Position numbers and translations under genes: made by a program | Assembly: GCA_036785375.1 (NCBI GenBank) | Contig: JAWMAR010000146.1 | Coordinates: 1,054,001 to 1,118,000 of the forward strand | DNA: 64,000 nt | From: Leucoraja ocellata | Taxonomy: Eukaryota | Reading direction: 5' to 3' | Shown here: positions 1-12,357 of the stretch, piece by piece | How the letters are laid out: every line of letters begins with the position of its first letter | Position numbering within the stretch: the first letter of the stretch is position 1 | Notes under the pieces: generated by a model | The model's input: the letters and a program-made list of their open reading frames with translations, nothing else | Databases searched by the model: none | Told to the model about the DNA's origin: nothing

Positions 1-1124
1 CATGGTATTGGGGGTAGGGTGTTGACGTGTATAGAAAGTTGTTTAGCAGACAGGAAGCAAAGAGTAGGATTGAACGGGTCCTTTTCAGAATGCTAGGCAG
101 TGGCGAGTGGAGTGCCGCAAGGCTCGGTGTTGGGGCCGCAACTGTTTACCCTATTATTAATGATTTGGAAGAGGGAATTAGGAGCAACACTAGCAAGTTT
201 GCGGATGACACAAAGCTGGGTGGCAGTGTGAACTGTGAAGAGGATGTTAGGAGATTGCAGGGTGACCTGGACAGGTTTAGTTAGTGGGCAGATGTGTGGC
301 AGATGCAGTATAATATAAATAAATGTGAGGTTATCCACTTTGGCAGCAAAAACAAGGGGGCAGATTATTATCTCAATGGGGTTAGGTTAGGTAAGGGGGA
401 GGTACAGCGGGACCTGTGTGTCCTTGTACACCAGTCACTGAAAGTTGGCGTGCAGGTACAGCAGGCAGTGACGAAAGCTAATGGAATGTTGGCCTTCAAG
501 ATTGATTTCAGTATAGGAATAAAGAGGTTCTTCTGCAGTTGTATAGGGCTCTGGTGAGACCACATCTGGAGTATTGTGTACAGTTTTGGTCTCCTAATTT
601 GAGGAAGGACATCCTTGTGATTGAGGCAGTGCAGCGTAGGTTCACGAGATTGATCCCTGGAATGGCGGGACTGTCATATGAGGAAAGATTGAAAAGACTA
701 GGCTTGTATTCACTGGAGTTTAGAAGGATGAGGGGAGATCTTATAGAAACATATACTATTATAAAATGACTGGACAAGCTAGATGCCGGAAAAATGTTCC
801 CAATTTTGGGCGAGTCCAGAACCAGGGGCCACAGTCTTAGAATAAAGGGGAGGCCATTTAAAACTGAGGTGAGAAAAAACTTTTTCACCCAGAGAGTTGT
901 GAATGTGTGGAATTCCCTGCCACAGAGGGCAGTGGAGGCCAAATCACTGGATGGATTTAAGGGAGAGTTAGGTACAGCTCTAGGGGCTAGTGGAGTCAAG
1001 GGATATGGGGGGAAGGCAGGCACGGGTTATTGATTGGGGACGATCAGCCATGATCACAATGAATGGCGGTGCTGGCTCGAAGGGCCGAATGGCCTCCTCC
1101 TGCACCTATTTTCTATGTTTCTAT
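1..1124 (+). mobile_element. CR1 LINE (HER1-like) 3' portion, frameshifted
   Basis: RT motifs [11 protein letters not shown] and [15 protein letters not shown]; 3' UTR ggctcgaagggccgaatggcc; (TTTCTATG)n tail. Confidence 0.95.
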
Positions 1125-1269
1125 TTATTTTTTACAACACGAACCTGCAAGGTAATAATGCTACTTGCCAGTTTGGCCTTTACTGCGTTGCCTATCCCTG
1201 AAAGGATGGCAAATTAAGTTCCAGGGTGCTGGCAGCTCTATTTTAGCCGTGAGCTGAAAGTATTTTGCA

Positions 1270-1990
1270 TGTGTTGAAGGAATCCTCAAACTCCCTGCCT
1301 CTGTGCAGGCGATATCCTCAAATGTCTGAATTTAACTGCCTGTATGAGTGCAGTGCACTCACTCAGTTATCCTCACTCTTGTGAGCAGCCTGATAACCTC
1401 AATCTTTGATGTTGAGGCAGTGCTTCCTTGGCCAATATGGCTTTTGAACAGCGAGTTGGTTTTCCCTGAACCATAGTCGACAAACTGCTCCTTTTTGCAT
1501 CTTTCAGATGTTGCTGTGCAGCGCCAAGCTGCTCTATTTTGGAGCTTTTACAGAGGTTTGAATGCAGACCTTACCTGCCAGCGTCTGTCCAACATCTCTC
1601 CACCCCACGCTTCCAAACTGTTCCCTTTCGGAGCTCTAAACGGAGGTTGCTGTGCAGGTCCCACCTGCCAGCGTCTCAGATCCCAGTGCGGCAGGCTGCT
1701 CCATATCGTAGCCTTGGTGGATTACTGTGCAGGTTGCACCTGCCAGTTACTCCGAGACCAGGCCGGGCCACCTGGACCCTTCCGGAGCTTTAGCGGTAGT
1801 TGCTGTATAGGTCGCGCCTGTCAGCCTCTCCGAGCCCGCTGCACCGTTCCTGCAAGGAAAAAAAATCACCTTACCTGACGGTGCATTTCCGAATGCATCC
1901 ATTTCTCGCGCCATGCAACAACGTATATTGACGCGCATGCGGGCTGGTGTGTTCTTCACGTAGTCTCATCACGAGACTTCGATATAAAAT
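1270..1990 (-). mobile_element. CpG-rich repeat, tentatively the 5' end of a DIRS-like retrotransposon, with internal ~75-90 bp degenerate tandem units
   Basis: Terminus attttatatcgaagtctcgtgatgagactacgtgaag...cgcatgcgcgtca resembles my recollection of chondrichthyan DIRS ends. Four or five units carry gctgtgcagg...acctgccag (1510-1830). Confidence 0.4.
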
Positions 1991-2440
1991 TCCTCTTCCC
2001 ATTCCCACACTGACCCTTATGTCCTAGGCCTCCATCATTGTCAGAGTGAGGTCAAACACGTATGGGAGGAACAGCATCTCATATTTCACTTGGGCAAATT
2101 ACAACCCAGTGGTATGAATGATGATTTCTCTAACTTCAAATAACCCTTACATTTCCTTTCCCTCCCCCACCCAAGTCATACCAGCTTCAATCACCTTGGT
2201 GAGTCTCATTGTTAGTACTCGTTCCCACCTAGGCCACAGCTATCAATGGCCTGTTTCCTTTGTCATTGTTACTTTTTTACATATCTTTCATTCATTTGTT
2301 CTATATCTCTCTATATTACTGTCTATATTTCTCATTTCCCTTTTCCCTGACTGAAGAAGGGTTTCGAACTGAAAAGTCACCTATTCCTTTTCTCCAGAGA
2401 TGCTGCCTGATCTGCTGAGTTACTCCAGGTTTTTGTTGCT
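1990..2440 (+). mobile_element. Penelope-like element 3' end (GIY-YIG C-terminus plus terminal repeat with hammerhead-like core)
   Basis: Translates SSHSHTDPYVLGLHHCQSEVKHVWEEQHLIFHLGKLQPSGMNDDFSNFK*. CTGAAGA-stem-GAAA at 2351-2374. Confidence 0.85.
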
Positions 2441-2509
2441 GTGTTATATATGACAGACACCCTCTGCCCGTGAATACAGGTGAAGTGGATAAACAGTGGT
2501 AAGACAAAG

Positions 2510-3000
2510 TCAGTTCAATCTAACCCCTATGAGGCCGCATTTAGAGGATTGTGTTCAGTTTTGGTCAGCCTGATATAGGAAGGATGTTGTTAAGCTGGAA
2601 AGAGAGCAGAGATTTACGAGAATGTTGCCACAACTTGAGGGCCGGAGCTACAGGGAGTGGCAGGGCAGGCTAGGATTTTATTCCTTGGAGTACAATAAGC
2701 TGAGGGGTGATCTTATTCAGGCATATAAGATTATGAGGGGAATAGATAGGGTGAGTGCGCAGAGTCTTTTACCCAGAATAAGGGAATCAAGAAACGGATG
2801 CTTAGGGTGAGCTCCCAGAGGAGGTCGTTGAGCCTGGTACTTTAACAATATTTATAAGACATAAGTACTTACATGATACAAAAGGTTTATGGTGATGTGG
2901 GCCTAATGCCCTTGGTGCGATTAGTTTAGATGGAACATCTTGTTCGGCATGGGCAAGTTGGGCTGATGAGGACCTGACATATGCTGCGTGACTCTATGAC
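2510..3000 (+). mobile_element. Older CR1 LINE 3' fragment
   Basis: LGFYSLE..KLRGDLIQAYKIMRGIDRV; tail actctatgac. Confidence 0.9.
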
Positions 3001-3249
3001 TAACCAGTAGTTGCTTCAAGTACCTGTAAATGGCAGCAACAATATAATATATACCCTGCATAATTAACAGGTCAATCCAGTTAAGAGATTGGCTGAAATA
3101 GCCCGGTTAATTTCGGTCAGAAATTCAAATTGCAATGTTTCTTCTGTTTAATATCAATTTCAAGCTTTGAATTTTATCCAATAGTACTTCAATCAGTCAA
3201 GGTCACATTTGAAACTCTGTTGAAACTGGATCATTTATCAGCTCAGAAT

Positions 3250-3323
3250 TGAACAAAGAGACAGAACACCGATGGTTGTAGCATAGCTCATTTTTATTTT
3301 TAAATTGTTTTTTTTTCTTTATT
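3250..3323 (-). terminator. Distal polyadenylation site of NFIB
   Basis: AATAAA at 3323-3318 and 3298-3293, CA dinucleotides ~15-20 nt downstream, then a GU/U-rich element tcggtgttctgtctctttgttc. Confidence 0.7.
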
Positions 3324-4959
3324 TGCATAGGAAACATATCCACTTCCAGTAATTGACTGCAGTATGAGCAGCTGCTAGCAGTATAGGCTGGATATAACAG
3401 TTACAATCACATAAGTCAAGCTGAATTTACACCAGTTTAAAACTTGTGAAGGTTTAGACTCTATAATGGGCAGACTGAAGAGTTCTCAGTGGCTTAAACC
3501 ATCCTGAACTCCGGGACTCAAACACGCTGAACAAGAGTACTATACTACCCATGGCCAATTCAATTATCTTTTTCTTTTGTTTCTTTTGGCAACTATAGCA
3601 ATACGTACGGGACTAAAACATCACAAGTTTCAAAATGGAACAACCCTGGTGCGTGGCTAGCAAGCACTTACTGACTACTTGTTACCTACTACTGTACTAA
3701 ACGTAGCATCATGTATCTATGGAAACACACAGTCCTACAAAAGTTGTTCTCAAGAGAAAGATCTCAAAAGGTTCTTACAAGTGGGCTCCCTTCCCTTCCT
3801 CTCAGAATTCCCATCTGCAGATTGACTGGGAACCACACTCGCAATGAAAAGAATATCTGTACAATGCGCAGTGTCAAGACTTAAATGGTATTTGGGCTGC
3901 TACACACATCAATGCAATATATATATGTGTAACCACCTTTGTGAATATGGAGCAGGTAAACAAGCTCTTGGAAGCTGACAGCTAGGCAGGATTTACCCTT
4001 ACATTCTGCAAGTTGGATCATTTTGCAGAAAACAAGTTGTCTGAATGAATTGATTTACAACTGAACTCAACAGAGACTGCAAGATTAAACAGGCACTGCT
4101 TGTTTGACATTTTTGGTAAACGTATGCTGGTATTTTTTTTATTCAAATCCTCGTTTTGCATTAACATAATTCAATATAATATCCCAAGGTCTCCATATAT
4201 GGAACATACAACGCTGTAGTGACCAGGGTTATAACAAAGTTCCTTCAGTTGATAATACACATCAGTCCCTGCAGCACAGTTTTGATAATAAAAATGCATC
4301 ATGCTATTTCTTTAGAAACACAACAGTTCTGTGATGAAAGTGGTTTCAGTGTCAGTGGACCTGACTGCTGCCTCTTAAACACAAAGACTTTGCAGCCTCT
4401 TTCATTTGTGAGAAATGTCTAGCTTTGTTGCAGCAGATAGGACAGATCCTACAGCATTGAACTTTTCAGTCCAGCCAGGCAGCACAAGGGAAGTAATTTA
4501 ATTCTGCCATGTTCTGACTAGTCATCCCTATAGCTTTAGGAGGAAGAAGGGATGCTAAGATCTGCTGTTTAGCTGACTACCTTAGAAGAGAGAATATTAG
4601 AGTCAGGGCGTGGTCTATCTAACTATCTATTATGCATGTTCTAATTATACATGCACTTATTGAAACTATTCCTCAGAAGGTCCCACCCAATAGTACAGTA
4701 TATCTAACAAGATCGGTCATAACTATCCATATGAGTTTAAAACTTCTCAAAACCACATACCTATCACAAAACAATGCTTTCTTTAACATCTACATTTGAT
4801 TCTTATCATTTCAAGAAGGATAACCTTACTTCAAAAGCACTGCCCTACTTTAGTTACATAGAACGCCTCAGTATTAGCAGTAGATCATCAATGTGCAAGT
4901 TTAATTTAGGAACTGCTGATGTACACATAACAAGTAAATAATAAATCAAAACTCAAACT

Positions 4960-5210
4960 AGTGCTAAAGGTGCTGGAAATCTGAAACAAATGAAACAGTA
5001 AATGCTGAAACATTCAGATAATCATTAGAACTCTGGCAAAGGACTGGTTTTGGTATAATCGTTTCCCAGACTACCAGATAAGATTCATCTCCAGTACAGA
5101 TATATATCTTCTCCAGAAATCTGGCAAAGGTTTATCCCCAAAATGTCGCCATCTTTCCTTCTCCATGTACACTGCCTGATTTGCTAAAAGTGTCAGCAAT
5201 GTTAATTTTA
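4960..5210. repeat. Highly degenerate Penelope-derived inverted repeat within the 3' UTR
   Basis: Weak match to the gctggaaatctgaaac...ctccacagatgctgcctga family seen elsewhere in the window. Confidence 0.45.
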
Positions 5211-5844
5211 ATTAGAAGTAAATAATATCATGGGCTGAAAGAAAAATGCTGTGGCCAGCTTACACTGCCAAATGTAATTAGCCAATAATTTATAATGGAG
5301 TCCATTATTGCTGGGGGTTTTTTCATCTGGAATCTTAATCCAGTCCATTTCCATTAAATCGGCAGAAGGATCTTTGCAATAGTTCATAATCAGGAAAAAA
5401 AATCATATTAAGACTGTAATGAAAAGAAGGTCAAATGGCTCAAAACTCATGGATGATTGGATTGAAAACACTGATTTTATCAGAGTGGTTAGGCAACTTT
5501 TGAGTGCGGTGACAGAGTCACCACTGATACTGAGACCATTTTTTACAAATTTAAACATACAGTAAATTCTTAAAATACAGATATTTCCAGAGACTCAAAC
5601 CTAGAGAAAGTTTTTTCAAAACTTTTTTTTCTATTAAATACATCCTGTAAGAAAAAAAGCTGCAACAAAAAGGTGAAAATTGACCATTTCCAACATGTCC
5701 CCTTTAACTACTAACAAAGTGGCAAAAGCACTGTGGGATGGAAACAGTACAATAAGTTGCTGCTATGGCATATGCGCCAAACCCACCACCCACCCTCCCC
5801 CAACACTGCCCGCGAGAGGGAACTGGTGCAAATGCTATTTTGCA

Positions 5845-5887
5845 GGTCTGAACAAAGCAACATCAGTGGTCCAGACCTACCTTTATT
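5845..5887 (-). terminator. Candidate proximal alternative polyadenylation site
   Basis: AATAAA at 5887-5882, followed by a CA and GU-rich tgatgttgctttgttc. Confidence 0.4.
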
Positions 5888-7960
5888 CAGTTAAAAACCA
5901 CTGACATTGGCTGTCCTGCTGCATATTCCTGTAAAGTCTGATCAGCTGCCACCTGCATGCTTGGGAAGAATAAAATTCAAAACAAAAGAAAATGAAAACA
6001 AAATGCTCAAGAGCAATTTTCTGCTTGAAAGGTATGTGGAGAATTAGTTTTAAAAGTGCAAATATGAAAGAGTTAATCAGCACCCTTTCTTAATCCATTT
6101 CCTTACTTGTTTTCTTTCTGAACTTGCATGTGCTACACATTAAAGATAAGCAGGAATAAATGTTGCTATCAAATTGGAAGAAGTTCCACAAAGCATGCAG
6201 CTGGTTATTATCAGCAGCAGACTTTAACAGGAAAAGTTAAACCTTGTCTGGTATCTATCTTGGGACCTAACTGCCAGCAACATTGCATTGTCCTTTCAAA
6301 AACAGAATACTGTACACTGTATATGGGATATCTTTCTATCATCTTTGTATGGTGCCAGTGCAATGCAGTGGTGTGCAACAAAAACAAAATCCTTACCAGT
6401 GCCGTAGCCAAGAGGCCCCAGGAAGACTCCCTGAGTACTCCAGTGTGGTTTCAACACTGTACAAGATCAATCAGGAATTCTCCCTGGGTTCATTCATTGG
6501 GTGGGTTGCCAGTACTGGATTTGTTGTCAAACCCCTTGTGCACTTTCTCTCTAATCATAAATACCAACATTTAAACTCACACAAACTTTTACTGTAGGCC
6601 ATACACACTAATAAAAAGACAGTATTCCTTCCAACATTATGAAATGCTTCTGCAAACCAACCTTTTCAACACTAAATACAACAAAATAACCTTCATAAAA
6701 TATAACTTTTCTCCATTTAAAACTGGATTAAAAATTAGGAACCTACACTTTTTAAGTATAGGATTACACAAGTTCAGCATATGGACAGTCTTTTTTGTAA
6801 TATATAAATTAGGCAACTGGAGAGTTTTAACTCAAGTCCAGCTTCCAGACAGGATTTTTTTTCTCTTAAAAATGGTATAATAAACTGGTCTTTCAAAAGC
6901 CAGTGTAATTATTTCTTCCCCCAATTAACTCATTTAAAAAATGTTAGCATTACAAAAACGGGTAATTACTTTAAAATGTTCTTAACAAAACTATACAGTG
7001 TACAAATTACAGTCTGCAAGGCAGGTGGTTCATTTTCAAGACCCCTCTTTGTTTCCCCTCACATTACACAACCATAACAAATCTACTAACACTTATTCAC
7101 TGAGATGCCATGCTTTGAATCATACTCCCACAGCTATTGCTATAGATATTTGTTTTTGCCAGATTTTTTTTCAATACAAGTCTCCTTTGCTATTATTTTT
7201 TCCCCAATCTATTGCGCCTTAACGTTTACAGCACGCTGGGGAAATGGCCAAGGCTGCAAAGCACTTGAAGCAAAAGGCAGAAACAGTGCACATGGAACGG
7301 GGTGACTTTAGTTTGTCAGAATTGGCATCCTGGCGAAGGAGGAGAGCAGACTTGACTTGAGTTACAAAGCCCTCTGATCCCTTAAGGTTGACTTTCAAAC
7401 TCCTCCCTTTCATTAACCCCCTCTTCTTATGAAGATAAACGGAACAGGAAGGTTATTCGGGCATAGAATTTTGGCAACACGTGGTAACAATGCGATAATC
7501 AGGTACAGTGGAAATGATTGGGGAATTCCCCTGTGAATCAAGTCTCGAGTTCTTACTGCTGTAGGTGACTGAGACTGATTTTAGGCACATAATTTATAGA
7601 AAACTATCCTCCACTCACTGCAATTTCCTGGAGAAATAACCCTGCTTTTATAAGGAAATGTTGCTGTAATTTCCCTTTCCACTACTCTTGAAATTGATTT
7701 TGTTTTCTGAGTAAATTGACTTTGTTACTTTAAGAACAAATCAGTTGCCCTGTCGTTCTGCCCAATCTCCAACACATAGTTTGATGTAGAGTCAATAATT
7801 GCTCAGAATCAGAGACTATTAAAAAAAAATTAACCTGGGTTCTCAAGTTTCCTCAGAACACTCAGGTTTTGTTATTGCATTTAAGCAATATATAGACTTG
7901 CATCTAATAATCTTCCACTTATGATCAATCGAGTTAATTAAAATCAAATTGGTCAAAAAT

Positions 7961-8110
7961 TATATTTGAAATTGAATTGAGATTACATGTTGATTTGATA
8001 TTTTTGCTAATGTAAAAAAAAAGGTTTAATTTGTTTTAAAGTATATTTGAAACTAAATTGAGTTTACATGTTGAATTGAGATTATAGCTAAACTAAAAAA
8101 AATGGTTTTA
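7961..8110. repeat. ~81-bp degenerate tandem duplication
   Basis: tatatttgaaa...aattgag.ttacatgttga.ttga...gctaa..taaaaaaaa.ggttt occurs at 7961 and 8042. Confidence 0.85.
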
Positions 8111-10652
8111 TGCCAAATTGATACTGAACAATTCGGATTTGATGTCATTAATAAAATATACGATAAAATAAATCGCTTTGGGAAGCCAAAATGTTAAGTG
8201 CTATGAGAATGGAAAAGATTCATTTTGTTTTAATTGAGCAGAACATTAGAGAAATGAAAGGAAGATCATTTCTCCTCTAAATCACTGCTACAACTAGTTG
8301 CTAGCTGAATAGAGTAAGTCACCTCTAAAGCAAAGAGGAAAACCAGCTTTGTTGAGTCATCAACGTTGGACATTGAATGGAAGATTTAAGACCTGCAGCT
8401 CTGCTTCTTGAATTAAAGGCCAGCAGAGTGATAGATCTCTGCCAAAGTCCATTTTTTCACAAGAGAAAATCCTGGCTCTTAATTAATATTGAAGCTCAAG
8501 TCAAGCCTGTCTCCAGTGAAAAAGACAACATTTTTTTCTAATATATATTTTTTTTAATTCAATGAGTTCATCTTGCACCCCAGGTGGAAAGTCAATAGAA
8601 GGACCAAGTTGAAAGCTTGTCACAGCAGACAGAACAGTTACTTTGCAGCCTTCGTCTGGCAAATGGCATTTTGCTTCACAGCCGTGCTGTAGAATTCTCT
8701 TTTAGAAAAATTTCCCCCTCCCCTAAGCATCCTCCCCTAACCATCTTTTAAGGACCTATCATACTGCATAGAAAGCAGCACCAACTTTGGTCAATTAAAA
8801 TGGAAAAAAAGCTAACATCACCTAATCTGCATACTAATGTGATAATCAATATAGCTAAAAGCTTTACCTATATAGACAAAACTTGGTATTGCATAATTCT
8901 TATGTTCAAAAATTCCCAAACAAGTAATTGATAGATGAAAAACATGAAAGATTAATAGAAAAAACTTGCCAAAAATACTGAAAAATATTACTGGCTGATT
9001 AAAAATTTTAAGCACCAACTATACACAGCCATGATATGCTTTATAAATGAGATAACAAAGTCAAAGTATTTGATTATTGACAATTAGTGATGTCACACTG
9101 TCCTCTGGAGTACAAAATAATTTTTTTTCATACAAATGGTAAATTTCATAGGATGAGCTATAATATATGCAGCAAACGTGTGCAGTGATGTCACTGTTTT
9201 ATCTTAAAGGCAAGGCACGTAATGTGGACTATATAACTTCGTGCAAATCAAGGATAGGTCTATTAGAGTTATAGAGAAACGGAAGAGGCAAAATTGACTT
9301 GCCATGCACACTGGTGTCCTGCCACTAGCACTATCAGGCAGATAGCAAGGCTAAAGAAAAGCACCATGCAATACTCAGCACCCTGTGATTAAAAATAGCG
9401 TTTACACTGTAGAGTGCGGAAAATCTTAGCGGCTGCATCCCTGTTGCCATTGTAAACTGCGGTGCTCTTCACCAATACCTCCATGAGACACCAATTCACC
9501 TTGGCGCCCGTGTCTTCGGAAACTGCTAATGCCATGCTTTTTTTTCCTGACACACCTGATACATATATATTACATTTTTTTTTAATTCCACAGAGGTATT
9601 GGATTACTAGGAATCAAGTGCAGAATTTTCAATTCCATTCAATTGCTTTCCTAAGCAAGCTAGTCACAGCAGGATGTGTCCATATTTCATTATTTTCTTT
9701 CCTTAATTAATGCACATTCGAAGGGGACGTTAAGAACGGTTCAGAATTATTTAAAGGTTATATTGCATCCCCTCTTTAGAGTCCTAGGGCATAAGGACTT
9801 ACATTAATCCCCTTAATCAGATATGTTAAATTGCACTTGCCTCTTAAGTGTTCTTTAAAATAATTACTGACATTTTGGGGGCAACATAAATATATCAGTG
9901 AGCTTCATTCTTGTGTTCAGATACTTGTAAAGCATCTGAAAATTTGAGGGACAGTTACTGCTTCAAACTACACTATGGTGCTTTTCCAAATGCAGACTTG
10001 CATCAAAATTTGTTCTGTTCAGATCTGTATACTAAGCATTAACAGTGAAAGGAAAAAATGGTTCAGTGACCAGAAACAGCTTGGGGAGCCAATCATCAAA
10101 ATGTTAATTCATTAAAACTGCATCCAAGTCTTATTTTTGTTTGTTTTGTTTTCTGCAGTAGCATAGTGTGCATAGACTAATTGTGTGCTTTGTGGGCTTT
10201 TTGTCCCCTCAGACAACGATTTTGTAGAAAACACAAAATTACATGTACATTCCTCATCCAGCCTTCACCTCACAAATTCAAATCTCATCAACCAGGAGGA
10301 CTGGGCTGTAGTTTAACTACACTTGGACTGAGTGAAAAATTAAAGATACCTGAACCCCACTAATTGCCTATACATGCAAACTCGTAAACATCTAAAAGCT
10401 AATAAGTGTATAATGTTTATCAGATCTGAAAATTAAACAATTGTCCCCTAGTGGATTCCATTGTTCAATAAAGGCTGGTTGTTTAGACATAATCTGTCAC
10501 CTAACCATCAAATACTAAAATCACCCTCTTGGTATCACAGATGAAATACCATTTATGCAGATTTTAAGCTTGCAAGAAATTGGTGATTGTGAGTCTGTGT
10601 TTCTGAAGACTTTGCTTTACAATCCGGAGATGTGGTTTGATCTTCCGTGTCC

Positions 10653-10782
10653 TCAGTTTGTTGTTTCTGCTTGGAGGAAGGGTTCACTGATGAAGTTTAA
10701 ACTGTAATTCTGAACATTCGTTGGCAGGATGGTCGCCCCATTTGACACTTGGAATGGGACCAAGCTAGCCCAAGTACCAGGA
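10653..10782 (-). CDS. NFIB: NFIB terminal exon, alternative frame: (S)PGTWASLVPFQVSNGATILPTNVQNYSLNFISEPFLQAETTN-stop
   Basis: The +1 frame is open for 42 codons to TGA at 10655-10653 and is entered when the 89-nt exon is included. It resembles the recalled human NFIB tail PGTWASLVPFQVSNRTPILPANVQNYGLNIIGEPFLQAETSN, which identifies the paralog as NFIB. Confidence 0.9.
10765..10782 (-). CDS. NFIB: NFIB terminal exon, canonical frame: SWYLG-stop
   Basis: Strong acceptor gttttcttttctctgcAG (AG at 10784-10783), then TCC TGG TAC TTG GGC TAG. SWYLG is the known C-terminus of NFIB/NFIA. Confidence 0.93.
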   Translation of the reverse strand, partial: SWYLG

Positions 10783-11427
10783 CTGCAGAGAAAAGAAAAC
10801 AGACGTAAATAAATATAACTTGATTCAGGACTGTAGATCTAAGAATTATCACTTGATTTTGCGAAGTCACGTTAAAAACTCAACTGATAAACCAAATGTT
10901 ACGGCACAATGAAAAAAAATACCAATGTCAGCAATGACAGTTTGAGGCTACACAAATCTCTGATAATCTGGCATGGAGTTGTTTGCAAATCCTGACGATT
11001 TGGCATATGACTTTCTCATTTATCCAGAGTGTAACTCGGAGATCCACATTGCCAGGGGGAAAGGGCTGTGGTCGGAGGGGTCTAGGGTAGGGACTAGACT
11101 GTGGGCGGAGGTGCGGCAAGAGCAGGCGTTGGGGTCTAGAACATCAGAGGTCAAGAGCGTGAGTAAGATAGAGGTGAGGACCATAATGTTTGTACAGTTT
11201 CTGTTCCCTTAAACTCATTGGAGTCAATGGAAAATCAATTATACTACTATCGAACATATAAAAAAGAATGAAATAGCAGTGTGTTCGTATATTTACACGA
11301 GTAACATCCAATAGTCCAGAGAATTTTCAATTAGAAACATTTGCTAGTCTGGCACTACCAAAGTCCTGGGGGTGTTGGCTTATCGGAGTTTTATTGTAGT
11401 CTAATTACAATGTCATTTCAATAGACC

Positions 11428-11530
11428 TCAGTTCTGATGAACGGTTGTTGCTGTGACATACTAACTCTAATTCTCCCTCTGCAGATGCTGCCTGACTGTA
11501 AAACATTCCCAGCATTTTCTGCCATTAAAT
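11428..11530 (+). repeat. Penelope terminal-repeat fragment
   Basis: agttCTGATGA...aactct...gcagatgctgcctga...ccagcattttctg. Confidence 0.6.
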
Positions 11531-12069
11531 CTGTAAGAATAGCTTTCCAAAGGAAGTGACAAACTTCTATAATGAGACATAAGAAACAGCTGACATCATG
11601 TGGCACCTACCTTGCAGGGTTTATAAAAATAAATTACTGGTACCAATTTTGAGATTCTTATATCCTGGAATCATGAATGGTTTGCAACAAAGTATCATTT
11701 GTCCATTATAACTGTGTCAGGCGTTTGAACTCAGAACACAAATCTTAGCACTAAACTCACTGTCTTGCTCTCCTTCAATAATACTGTATCATTTGTTACT
11801 TAAATATATCTCCAAGTCTTCTGTAAATAACATTGTGGTCCATAGCTTAGTTCCTTGTAACAAAGCATTCCCTTCATGCAAATTTCTCCTATCTCTCTTC
11901 ACTTCCGCTAATGAGGATTTGAAATGAAACAACCCTCTTCACTGATTCCCGCCAGTGGCAATAATCATTTTCTACTGTCTCTATTATTTAAAACATCTGT
12001 TTTCTGTATCTTTCTTTCTTCCACTACACATATACTCAGTTCATTAAATCCCGCCACATAACTGTCTTT

Positions 12070-12357
12070 TCCCCAAGGTGGAGGATTCTAAAACTAGAGG
12101 GCATGGGCTTATAGTAAGAGGTTCATTAGGGACCCTCACTTAGAGGGTAGTGTTATTTAGTATGAGCAACCAAAGGAAGCTGTAGAAGTAGTTACAATTA
12201 CAACTTTTAAAACATATTTGGCCAGATCTATGGATTGGAAGGGTTTGGAATTCTATGGGCCAAATGCAGGCAAATGTAGCCCTGTATGCTATCTTGGTCG
12301 GCATGGACTAGGTGGGCTGAAGGATATGTTACCTGCTGCATAGGTCTATGACTCTAT
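12070..12357 (+). mobile_element. Old CR1 3' fragment
   Basis: aaaactagagggcat (KTRGH), CR1 3' UTR and (ctatgact) tail. Confidence 0.8.

Larger units (their letters stand above)
3277..10764 (-). other. NFIB: NFIB 3' UTR, ~7.5 kb
   Basis: Continuous AT-rich sequence with many poly-U/A runs and almost no TEs, from the stop codon to a canonical poly(A) site. TE-dense DNA begins just beyond it. Mammalian NFIB also has a multi-kb 3' UTR. Confidence 0.7.

Noticed and set aside
1495-1878. Cys-rich 127-aa ORF as a metallothionein- or keratin-associated-like protein
   Set aside because: It has a non-ATG start, and the periodicity is explained by a DNA repeat within a probable TE.
7219-7580. 64-aa minus-strand ORF and a possible acceptor near 7577 as an extra coding exon
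   Set aside because: No frame resembles NFI or another protein I recognise, and it lies inside the inferred 3' UTR.
11611-11664. 54-nt AG..GT-bounded open segment on the minus strand (DIRISKLVPVIYFYKPCK)
   Set aside because: The donor looks good but the peptide is AT-rich with no NFI similarity; such pseudo-exons are common in 40-kb introns.
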